NCBI RefSeq assembly: GCF_016125515.1 | Contig: NZ_WGLO01000015.1 | Span: 4,381-36,380 of the forward strand | DNA: 32,000 bases | Reading direction: 5' to 3' | Origin: Hyphomonas sp. | GTDB lineage: Bacteria > Pseudomonadota > Alphaproteobacteria > Caulobacterales > Hyphomonadaceae | Shown: piece by piece, positions 24,505 to 32,000 of the stretch | How the letters are laid out: each line of letters starts with the position of its first letter | Position numbering within the stretch: position 1 is the stretch's first letter | Made by a program: the position numbers and the translations under genes | The notes under the pieces: generated by a model | The model's input: the letters and a program-made list of their open reading frames with translations, nothing else | Database searches by the model: none | Told to the model about the DNA's origin: nothing

Positions 24505-24885
24505 TCAGGGCGTGACGGTCATCTCCAGCAGCAGGACCGCTTCGATCATTTCGTCCGAAAGTTCAATAGCGAGCGGCCTCACGAAGGGCCGGGCATGGCT
24601 TGCCCGGCGAGCGTCCACACGCCGTCACCGCGCCCCGATTACGGCTTGCCGAATATCGATTATCCCTTCCGCGGCCACGACACCCTGATCACCGCCTGCG
24701 GCAGGCTCTGCATGCACAGCAAGAAGATCAACATCTCCACCGTGCTCGCCGGTCAGCGCGTCGGCCTGAAGGAAGTCGATGACGGCATCTGGCTCGTCTC
24801 GTTCATGCAATACGACCTCGGATACGTTGATCTCGAGGCAAGGACACTACAAACTGTCGACAACCCGTTCGGGGCGAAAGTGTAA
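24505..24885 (+). pseudogene. 5'-truncated DDE (rve) transposase fragment, IS481-like C-terminus
   Basis: The open frame begins after the TGA at 24502-24504. It reads ...FDHFVRKFNSERPHEGPGMACPASVHTPSPRP...RLCMHSKKINISTVLAGQRVGLKEVDDGIWLVSFMQYDLGYVDL. This is the tail of the integrase core (YN-x-ERPH) plus the C-terminal domain. No N-terminal HTH or DDE residues are upstream. Confidence 0.65.
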
Positions 24886-24942
24886 CCTATCTCTCCGGAA
24901 CATTCTGTTACCTATGTGTCCGGGTCGGACAAAAAGGGGGGG

Positions 24943-25019
24943 TGGTGGGCCCGGCAGGACTTGAACCTGCGACCAAACCGTTATGAGCGGTCCGCTCTAA
25001 CCAACTGAGCTACAGGCCC
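24943..25019 (-). tRNA. tRNA with CAT anticodon (elongator Met or lysidine-modified Ile2)
   Basis: 77 nt: GGGCCTG-TA-GCTC-AGTTGGTTA-GAGC-G-GACCG-CTCATAA-CGGTT-TGGTC-GCAGG-TTCAAGT-CCTGC-CGGGCCC-A-CCA, which folds as a cloverleaf. The G1-C72 pair excludes an initiator. The variable-loop and T-arm text resembles E. coli ileX. Confidence 0.85.
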
Positions 25020-25119
25020 CTGAACAGGTCGTTTAGGCGCCGCACGTGTGCCATGCAACGGCCTTGTTCGGGTTCGAAGACGGGCGTACCGGTTTTGAAT
25101 AACGGAAAAGGAGTTTCCG

Positions 25120-25917
25120 ATGATGCGTCCTGTGTATTCCATGGTGGCGCTGCTGCTGGCCGTTGCCCCCGTCGCCTGCGCCCAGATGCCGATGACCGGC
25201 AAGATGGCGCCGATGGGTGAAGGTTCCAGCATGATGGGAATGATGAATCACAATTCGATCCAGCCCGAGACAACGCTTCAGATCAATGCCGAAGCGAGCA
25301 TCAACCGGGCGCCCGACATGGCCTACATCACGGCCGGCGTGACCGAGGAGCGTGCGACCGCCAGTGACGCGATGGCCGCCCAGTCCGAAGCGATGAACGG
25401 CGTGTTCAAAGCCCTCACCGATGCCGGCATTGCGTCGAAGGACCTGCAGACCTCGGGCCTGAGCCTCTATCCGCGCTATGACTATGTCGAAGTGAAACAG
25501 CGTGATGGCAGCTCGCGCGGCGAGCAGAAGCTCGCCGGTTATGTGGCCACGAACCAGGTGACGGCGCGCGTGCGCGACCTCGCCACGCTGGGCGCCACGA
25601 TCGACAGCCTTGTCAAAGCAGGCGGCAATACCTTCTCCGGCGTCACGTTCGCGATCGAGAATGACAAGGAGATCAAGAACCAGGCCCGCACGCAGGCCAT
25701 GAAGGACGCGATTGCGAAGGCCGAGCTGTACGCCTCGGCGGCCGGTCTTAAGGTCGCGCGGATCGTGACCATCACCGAAGGCTACGAATATGCGCCGCAG
25801 CCGATGATGATGGCGCGTTCTGAAAAGATGATGGATGCGGCGGAACCCACGCCTGTTTCGGGCGGCGAGATCGGCGTGACCGCCAGCGTCAGCGTTCTGT
25901 TCGAACTGACGAAGTAA
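25120..25917 (+). CDS. SIMPL-domain periplasmic protein (Bp26/Omp28-like, DUF541)
   Basis: 265 aa with a signal peptide. The text INRAPDMAYITAGV...DLQTSGLSLYPRYDY...AGYVATNQVTARVRDL...GGEIGVTASVSVLFEL indicates the family. AAAGGAG lies upstream of the ATG. Confidence 0.8.
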   Translation: MMRPVYSMVALLLAVAPVACAQMPMTGKMAPMGEGSSMMGMMNHNSIQPETTLQINAEASINRAPDMAYITAGVTEERATASDAMAAQSEAMNGVFKALTDAGIASKDLQTSGLSLYPRYDYVEVKQRDGSSRGEQKLAGYVATNQVTARVRDLATLGATIDSLVKAGGNTFSGVTFAIENDKEIKNQARTQAMKDAIAKAELYASAAGLKVARIVTITEGYEYAPQPMMMARSEKMMDAAEPTPVSGGEIGVTASVSVLFELTK

Positions 25918-25981
25918 GCTTCAAGGGGCGGCGCTCATTCGGGAGCCGCCTCGTTGGCCGGTGGGAAAAAGCCGAAGCGCC

Positions 25982-26947
25982 TTACAGGTAGCCTTCCGCG
26001 AGCAGGTCTTTCATGTCGATCAGGCCGAGCGGACGGCCGGTATCATCGACGACAAAGGCGTTCGAGATACGGTTCTCGCTGAGGCGCTTGATCACGAACT
26101 GCATGCGTTCTTCCGGTTCGATCGTGCGCGGATTGGCCGTCATCACATCGCCTGCCGGGGCGCCGGCCTTGCCCGCCATCATCGCCCGGCGCAGGTCGCC
26201 GTCCGTGACCATGCCGACGAGCGCGCCCTCGGCGCTGACCACGCCGGCGCAGCCCTTGCGGCCTTCCGAGACGGCGAAGACAAGCGCTTCGAAGCTCGCA
26301 TCGGCGTTGACCAGCGGCATCGCATCCTTCTGTTCACGGACATAATCACCGGCCGTCTGCAGCGAGCGGCCGAGCTTGCCGCCCGGATGACGGAAGCCAA
26401 AATCTTCCCGCGAGAAGCCGCGCCGCGCCATCAGAACGATGGTGAGCGCATCGCCGAGCGCGAGCGCCATCGTGGTGGAGGAGGTGGGCGCCAGGCCGTT
26501 CGGGCAGGCTTCGGCGACGGTCGGCATTTCGAGCAGCACGTCCGAGTAACGGCCAAGGGTCGATTCGGCGGCGCGGGTCATGGCGATCACCGGGATCTCG
26601 TTTCCCTTGCAGTAGCGCAAGAGGTCGACCAGTTCGCGGCTTTCGCCGGAATACGAAATCGCTATGACCACGGAGCCCGGCACCAGCATGCCGAGATCGC
26701 CATGGCTCGCTTCGGTCGGGTGGATGAAGAAGGCGGGCGTTCCGGTGGAGGCGAGGCTCGCCGCAATCTTCTGGCCGATATGGCCAGACTTGCCGACGCC
26801 GGCGACCACCACGTGGCGGTCGGTCGACAGGATCACGTCCACGGCTTCGATGAGCGTGTTGCCCAGCGCGCTCTCCAGCTTGTCGAGGGCGTCGCGCTCG
26901 GTGCGGATGACGCTACGGGCGAGGTTCAGGTCTGAATTTGCGCTCAC
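25982..26947 (-). CDS. kdsD: Arabinose-5-phosphate isomerase (KpsF/KdsD; SIS + tandem CBS)
   Basis: 321 aa. The SIS motif is VVVAGVGKSGHIGQKIAASLASTGTPAFFIHPTEASHGDLGM. CBS pairs occupy the C-terminus. The start is GTG at 26947. Confidence 0.85.
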   Translation of the reverse strand: MSANSDLNLARSVIRTERDALDKLESALGNTLIEAVDVILSTDRHVVVAGVGKSGHIGQKIAASLASTGTPAFFIHPTEASHGDLGMLVPGSVVIAISYSGESRELVDLLRYCKGNEIPVIAMTRAAESTLGRYSDVLLEMPTVAEACPNGLAPTSSTTMALALGDALTIVLMARRGFSREDFGFRHPGGKLGRSLQTAGDYVREQKDAMPLVNADASFEALVFAVSEGRKGCAGVVSAEGALVGMVTDGDLRRAMMAGKAGAPAGDVMTANPRTIEPEERMQFVIKRLSENRISNAFVVDDTGRPLGLIDMKDLLAEGYL

Positions 26948-27039
26948 GGTTCAAGGACTCCCGGGCCGGTGCAGGACAGCGAGCGGGGTTGTGCGGGAGA
27001 CGCGCGGGTTCGGCAAGTGCCCGGGTGCGCGCGAGCCCG

Positions 27040-28272
27040 TCAGCGCTGGGTCTGGCGCAGCACGTAGTCGGAGATTTCCGGGCTGGGGCGGGCAGGCTTG
27101 GTTTGACGGGCCTGATACTCGGCGACCGACAGGCCGGCGGCCTGGGCGGCGAGGGCTTCGGTCTGACGGGCTTCGTACTCGCTGACCGAGAAGCTGGCGC
27201 CGGGTGCGGGCAGGGCCGGCGACGGCTGGACTTCGGCGACATCGTCGGACCCGTCGCCTTCAACCACCAGCATTTCCTCGGCTTCGCCTTCATCCGTGGT
27301 GTCGGCGAGCGCGAAGTTTACCGGATCGGCCTTGTAGGCGCTCAGCGGCTTGCCGTTCAGCATCGGCTCGGCGGCATCGTTCGGGTTGGCCGGCACCTGG
27401 ACGGCGGCAAACACCGTGGAGCCGCGCAGGGTGGGGGAGACTTCAGCGGGGTCGCCATAGGTGGCGAAAGCGGCTTCGACGAGCGAGGCGACGTGCGCGT
27501 TTCGCGACTTGGCGGTGGCGCCGCCGAGCATCACGACGATCACGCGGTGACCATCACGTTCGGCCGAGGTCATCAGGTTGAAGCCAGAGGCGCGGGTGTA
27601 GCCGGTCTTGATGCCATCAACGCCGACAACCTCGCCGATGAGGTCGTTATGGTTCTTGTAGACCATCCGGCCCCAGGCGAATTTCTGGTTCTGGAAGTAG
27701 TGATAATACTGGCTGTGCTGCTCAAGCAGCGCGTCGGCGAGCAGGGCGAGGTCGTGGGCCGTGGTGATCTGTGCTGTGTTCGGCAGGCCGGATGCGTTCT
27801 TGAAGGTTGTGTTCTCAAGGCCGAGATCCCTGGCTTTCTCGGTCATCCGGGCGGCGAACTTGCGCTCGCTGCCGGCCAGGTGTTCGGCGATGACAACGGC
27901 CACGTCGTTGGCGGATTTGGTGACGAGCGCGAGGATCGCGTCCTCGACCTTGATCTTGGTGCCGGCCTTCAGTTTGAGGTTCGACGGCGGCTGGGCGGCG
28001 GCGTTTTTGGACACCGTCATCTTGTCGGTGAGTTTCACGTCTCCGGCGTTGATCGCATCGAACAGCAAGTAAAGCGTCATCACCTTGGTGAGTGAGGCGG
28101 GATAGCGGGAATCCTCGGCATTGCGCTCATGGAGGATTTCGCCGGTATCGGCATCCATCACGAAGGCGGCGTATTTTTCAGCAAGCGCGCTGGGGGCAAG
28201 AACCAGCGCAGTCGACCCGATGGCAATCGAGACAGCCGCGGCGCGGTACAAGGAACGACTGAGCAGCGCCAT
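27040..28272 (-). CDS. Serine-type D-Ala-D-Ala carboxypeptidase (peptidase S11) with repeat-bearing C-terminal tail
   Basis: It has a signal peptide, SxxK (ASLTK), SxN (KSAND) and KTG (IKTGYT). The C-terminal 51 aa carry three copies of the S/V-x-E/D-Y-x-A/L-RQT motif. Confidence 0.85.
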   Translation of the reverse strand: MALLSRSLYRAAAVSIAIGSTALVLAPSALAEKYAAFVMDADTGEILHERNAEDSRYPASLTKVMTLYLLFDAINAGDVKLTDKMTVSKNAAAQPPSNLKLKAGTKIKVEDAILALVTKSANDVAVVIAEHLAGSERKFAARMTEKARDLGLENTTFKNASGLPNTAQITTAHDLALLADALLEQHSQYYHYFQNQKFAWGRMVYKNHNDLIGEVVGVDGIKTGYTRASGFNLMTSAERDGHRVIVVMLGGATAKSRNAHVASLVEAAFATYGDPAEVSPTLRGSTVFAAVQVPANPNDAAEPMLNGKPLSAYKADPVNFALADTTDEGEAEEMLVVEGDGSDDVAEVQPSPALPAPGASFSVSEYEARQTEALAAQAAGLSVAEYQARQTKPARPSPEISDYVLRQTQR

Positions 28273-28504
28273 GATTCAGGCAACCTCCAAAACTCGAAAC
28301 CCCGGCACTCCCGGAACAAAGCTAGATTCGGCCAAACCGGTTGACCACTGCTTAACACAGCGATTCCGCTGACACTTTCGTAAAACATGCAAGATGAGTG
28401 CAAGTTGAACGACAAATGCTTAATGTTGCACCGCACAAAATTTATTGCATCTGCGAGGGCGGTGTGCTATTCAAAGGGCACCTGATTGAAGAAGGAATCC
28501 CCGA

Positions 28505-28921
28505 ATGGCCAAGACTGCTGACTCTGCAACCCGCGCCAAAGCGGAAGCCCGCCCTGCTGCTGCGACCACCAAGAAACTGGAAGCCGGCATGGACCAGATG
28601 GCCGATTTTGCCTCCAAGATGACCGGATTCACCGAAGGCAGCGTCAAAGCGCTGACCGACAGCGCTGTCGCTTCGACCGAAGTGATCCGCGAGATCGGCA
28701 ACCGAAATGTCAGCTTCATGACCTCTGCCATGGAGCAGGGTGTCGAACTGACCCAGACGCTGGCCAGCGTGCGCGACCCGAAAGAGATGTTCGAGATCCA
28801 GACCGCGTTCGCCAAGTCGATGTTCTCGGCTTTCACCACCGAACTGACCGCCCAGACCGAGCTTTGCGTCAGCGCCTGGCGCAACGCCGCGAAGCCCTAC
28901 ATGGCGTCCTTCTCGAAATAA
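28505..28921 (+). CDS. Phasin-family protein (PHA granule-associated)
   Basis: 138 aa, helical and Ala/Thr/Glu-rich. The text FEIQTAFAKSMFSAFTTELTAQTEL is typical of alphaproteobacterial phasins. An AT-rich promoter lies upstream and a strong terminator downstream. Confidence 0.7.
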   Translation: MAKTADSATRAKAEARPAAATTKKLEAGMDQMADFASKMTGFTEGSVKALTDSAVASTEVIREIGNRNVSFMTSAMEQGVELTQTLASVRDPKEMFEIQTAFAKSMFSAFTTELTAQTELCVSAWRNAAKPYMASFSK

Positions 28922-28972
28922 GATACCGGGGCCCGGTGGGCCGGGAGGCTCTCCCGGCGCTGTAGAGTTGAA

Positions 28973-29006
28973 GGGCTGGACCTGATGGGTCCGGCCCTTT
29001 TTCGTT
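28973..29006 (+). terminator. Rho-independent terminator of the phasin gene
   Basis: GGGCTGGACC (28973-28982) pairs with GGTCCGGCCC, including one G-U pair. TTTTTCGTTT follows. Confidence 0.8.
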
Positions 29007-29088
29007 TGGAGCTGACCCCGCGTCCGGCTTGCGACTCGGCGGCGCTGGCCACACTATGGGCGCTGGCGACGCGGGCGGGAGCCAGGCG

Positions 29089-30408
29089 ATGACATTACAC
29101 GACCGGCAGGGGCTGGAACTGACAGGGGCTTCGCCGCGTGCGGCGGAGCTGTTCGACCTGGGGTGTAGCCGCTTTGCCCGGTTTTGCGGCGATCCGATCG
29201 AGCCGTTCCGGGAAGCCCTGGTCGATTCCCCCGAATTCGGCATGGCGCTGGTCGCAAAGGCCTGGATCTATGCCATGTCGACCGAACCGCAGGCGACCGC
29301 GAGCGTGCGCCGGATGGTGGACGACCTTGAAGACATGCCGCTTGGCCCCCGCGAAGAGGGCCATGTCCGGGCGCTGAAACTGGCCATGACGACGGAATGG
29401 ACGGCGGCGGCCCGCGCGCTGGACCTGCATGGGGCGGCCTATCCGTGCGACCTGATCGGGCTGATGGCGGGCCACCAGGTGGATTTCCTGACCGCGAATG
29501 CGCGCAACCTGCGCGACCGGATCGCCCGGGCGCTGCCGGCCTGGGAGGGGGTGCCGGGACGGTCTCACCTGCTCGGCATGCTGGCTTTCGGCCTTGAAGA
29601 GATGGGCGATTATCGCCGCGCCGAGGCCGCGGGGATGAAGGCGCTGGAGCTGGATGCCGATGACAGCTGGGCCCACCATGCAGTGGCCCATGTGATGGAA
29701 ATGCAGGGGCGCGCCGCCGAAGGGCGCGATTTCATCCTGCGGCGGCGCGCGCACTGGGCGCAGCCGGAGAATTTCCTCAAGGTGCACAATTGGTGGCACC
29801 TGGCGCTCTGTCATCTGGAGCTTGGCGAACTCGACGTGGCGCTCGCGCTTTATGATGAGGAAGTGCGCGGCGAGCCGACGACGGTGGCGCAGAACCTGGT
29901 GGACGCCTCGGCGCTGCTGTGGCGGATCCATCTGCTGGGTGGCGATACGGGAGAGCGCTGGGACGAACTGGCGGACACATGGACCCAGCATGCCGACGGC
30001 AAATGCTATCCTTTCAACGATGTGCATGCCGCGATGGCCTATATCGGCGCCGGCCGGCGCAGCGACGCAACGGATCTGGTGAAGATCGCCCATGAGGGCA
30101 GTCCGGACCACGAGATGAACCGCTGGATGCGCGAAACAGGGGAACCGCTGATCGACGGTTTCCTGCATTTTGACCGCGGCGAATTCCCCGCCGCCATTGA
30201 ACCCTTGATGCGGGCACGCCAGATAGCAAACGCGTTCGGGGGCAGTCATGCCCAGCGCGACGTGATCGACTGGACTCTCATCGAAGCGGCATTACGGGGC
30301 AAGAACCTGGCGGTTGCGCGGGCGCTGGTCCAGGAACGCCTCGCGCTGCGTCCCGATAGCCGCGTGAATCTCGCCTTTGCCCGCCGCGCCGGTTTGCGCG
30401 CGCATTGA
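29089..30408 (+). CDS. TTC38-family tetratricopeptide repeat protein
   Basis: From the ATG at 29089: MTLHDRQGLELTGASPRAAELFD. The text ...LLGMLAFGLEEMGDYRRAEAAGMKALELDADDSWAHHAVAHVMEMQGR matches the TTC38 pattern. The ATG at 29056 is an alternative start. Confidence 0.7.
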   Translation: MTLHDRQGLELTGASPRAAELFDLGCSRFARFCGDPIEPFREALVDSPEFGMALVAKAWIYAMSTEPQATASVRRMVDDLEDMPLGPREEGHVRALKLAMTTEWTAAARALDLHGAAYPCDLIGLMAGHQVDFLTANARNLRDRIARALPAWEGVPGRSHLLGMLAFGLEEMGDYRRAEAAGMKALELDADDSWAHHAVAHVMEMQGRAAEGRDFILRRRAHWAQPENFLKVHNWWHLALCHLELGELDVALALYDEEVRGEPTTVAQNLVDASALLWRIHLLGGDTGERWDELADTWTQHADGKCYPFNDVHAAMAYIGAGRRSDATDLVKIAHEGSPDHEMNRWMRETGEPLIDGFLHFDRGEFPAAIEPLMRARQIANAFGGSHAQRDVIDWTLIEAALRGKNLAVARALVQERLALRPDSRVNLAFARRAGLRAH

Positions 30409-30427
30409 ACCAACAGGACCCCAACCC

Positions 30428-30829
30428 ATGCCCGGTTTCATCGACTTCAAGACGCTCGAACGGCCCTCAAGCCCGAACACCGCCTTGCTGGCGCCCGAAG
30501 GGTTTACCCCCACGGCAACGCCGGACGGCGCCGCGCCGGTCTACAACGCCGCGCCGGCCGAGCTTTATGCGCGGGCCCTGAACGCAGTCGCCGCCAAGCC
30601 GAACTGGCAGCTGGGCGAGAAGGACGACGCCGGATTGCGGCTCAGGTTCGTGGCAGTTTCGGCGCTGATGCGGTTCAAGGATGACGTCGATCTCATGATC
30701 CTGCCGGCAGATGGCCAGCCGGGCAAATCCACGTTCGCTGCCTATTCGCGATCCCGCGTGGGCTATTCCGACCTCGGCGCAAACCGCAAGCGTCTCGACG
30801 CCCTTTCGGGCGCGTTGATGGCGCCTTGA
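30428..30829 (+). CDS. DUF1499-domain protein
   Basis: 133 aa from the ATG at 30428 ([25 protein letters not shown] ... [10 protein letters not shown] ... [21 protein letters not shown]). Confidence 0.65.
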   Translation: MPGFIDFKTLERPSSPNTALLAPEGFTPTATPDGAAPVYNAAPAELYARALNAVAAKPNWQLGEKDDAGLRLRFVAVSALMRFKDDVDLMILPADGQPGKSTFAAYSRSRVGYSDLGANRKRLDALSGALMAP

Positions 30830-30900
30830 ATTCGGGCACATCTGCAATGAAGCGCCAAATGCATCTTCAAACTCGAGCAGGAACGTATATCTTGTCAGAC

Positions 30901-31287
30901 ATGAACCTCGCTCTCGACCCGATCCGGATGGCGGGACCGCCTGTGCCGGGCACGCCCCCCGGGGGCGGAGCGCCGGGCGAAGGTGATGGAACGAGTTTCG
31001 ACCTCGCCACCGAAACGCGGATCAAGACCAAGAAGCCGTCGCTCTACCGCGTCCTGCTGCTGAATGACGACTACACGCCGATGGAATTCGTCGTGTTCAT
31101 CCTCGAGCGGTTTTTCAACCGTTCGCGGGAACAGGCGACCCGGATCATGCTGCACGTCCACCAGAAGGGCGTCGGCCTGTGCGGGGTCTATACCTACGAG
31201 GTTGCCGAAACCAAGGTAGCCCAGGTGCTGGATCTTGCCCGACGACACGAACACCCGCTCCAGTGTGTCATGGAGAAAGAAGACTAG
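30901..31287 (+). CDS. clpS: ATP-dependent Clp protease adaptor ClpS
   Basis: The core reads [61 protein letters not shown]. It carries a Pro/Gly-rich N-terminal extension. The start is uncertain (30901 or 30928). Confidence 0.85.
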   Translation: MNLALDPIRMAGPPVPGTPPGGGAPGEGDGTSFDLATETRIKTKKPSLYRVLLLNDDYTPMEFVVFILERFFNRSREQATRIMLHVHQKGVGLCGVYTYEVAETKVAQVLDLARRHEHPLQCVMEKED

Positions 31288-31332
31288 ACGCCCCATATGA
31301 AAAAAGACGAACGTTCCTAATCACACGACCTT

Positions 31333-32000
31333 ATGAAAAGGCTGCACTCCTTGCCCCGTCTCTCCCAATCTCTCGAAACGGCTCTTGAAAAGGCACTCTC
31401 GCTCGCGAACGAACGCGACCACGAGTACGCCACACTGGAGCACCTGCTGCTGGCTCTGACAGAAGACGAGCATGCGCGCGATGTGATGGGGGCTTGCAAG
31501 GTCAACATTGACGAGCTTCGCGCCGACCTGACGCGCTATATCGATGAAGAGCTTTCGAGCCTGATCGTCGATGGCAGCGAAGGCCGCGTGCAGCCGACCG
31601 CGGCGTTCCAGCGCGTCGTGCAGCGCGCCATCCTGCACGTGGAAAGCTCGGGCCGCGAGGAAGTGACGGGCGCCAACGTGCTGGTGTCAATCTTCTCCGA
31701 GCGCGAAAGCCATGCCGCCTACTTCCTGCAGGAGCAGGACATGACCCGGTATGACGCGGTCAATTACATCTCGCATGGCGTGGCCAAGCAGCCCGGCATG
31801 TCGCGCCCGTCCACGCCGCGCGGCGCAGACTCCTCGGAAGAAGAACCCGTGAAACAGGGCCACGAAGCGCTCGACACCTATTGCGTGAACCTCAACGCGC
31901 GCGCCCGGGCCGGCAAGATCGATCCGCTGATCGGCCGCGACATGGAAGTGAACCGGTGCATCGAAGTGCTTTGCCGGCGTAACAAGAACAACCCGATCCT
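31333..32000 (+). CDS. clpA: ATP-dependent Clp protease ATP-binding subunit ClpA (5' part, runs off window)
   Basis: My own translation is ...[43 protein letters not shown]...[30 protein letters not shown]. This covers the Clp N-domain repeats and the start of AAA+ module 1. The start is the ATG at 31333 or the TTG at 31351. There is no stop within the window. Confidence 0.85.
   Translation, partial: [222 protein letters not shown]

Noticed and set aside
25925-25952. GGGGCGGC...GCCGCCTC hairpin between the convergent SIMPL and kdsD genes
   Set aside because: The stem is plausible, but there is no flanking T- or A-tract on either side. I did not call it a terminator.
1-32000. Looked for CRISPR arrays, rRNA, long tandem repeats, retron- or DGR-like repeats and intact IS elements
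   Set aside because: I saw no regularly spaced direct repeats, rRNA-like segments or paired terminal inverted repeats flanking a complete transposase. The only repeats found were the short operator-like and coding repeats reported above.

Overview
This is a GC-rich alphaproteobacterial chromosome segment. The sciP-fliF-fliG-flbE-fliN synteny and a perfect TTAA-N7-TTAA CtrA box suggest Caulobacterales/Hyphomonadaceae. All family calls come from reading the supplied translations; no database search was run.

Most of the window is housekeeping:
- LLM oxidoreductase, midA-like methyltransferase, lgt, ubiK-like, ybjN-like and proC.
- phhA, and a MarR-controlled GST/VOC/DUF1428 operon.
- A Fur-box-preceded TonB-dependent receptor, a CapD-like dehydratase, and a SIMPL protein.
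- kpsF/kdsD, an S11 DD-carboxypeptidase, phasin, a TTC38-like TPR protein, a DUF1499 protein, and clpS-clpA.

Four things stand out:
1. **Miniaturised flagellar module.** A four-gene flagellar basal-body/switch operon is coupled throughout by ATGA overlaps. Its 'FliF' is only 220 aa: two TM helices, one ring-building-motif-like periplasmic domain and a FliG-binding tail. Its FliG, FlbE/FliH-like and FliN partners are also short.
2. **Toxin-antitoxin/abortive-infection remnants in different states of decay.** vapC is intact at the window edge. abiEi is intact, but abiEii carries a +1 frameshift and an in-frame TAA. A hipB-like gene with twin palindromic operators precedes a roughly 57-codon hipA N-terminal stub. 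A frameshifted alpha/beta hydrolase pseudogene lies next to the abiE locus.
3. **Lower-GC islet beside tRNA(CAT).** It holds a truncated rve-type transposase fragment and a solitary GSU2403-type nucleotidyltransferase-fold protein. That gene's start codon sits inside a perfect 10-bp inverted repeat.
4. **HU-family protein with a histone-H1-like N-terminal extension** of about 50 aa, rich in Ala, Lys and Pro.

I saw no CRISPR array, rRNA or intact mobile element. Many long ORFs in the track are antisense shadows typical of high-GC DNA, and I rejected them.
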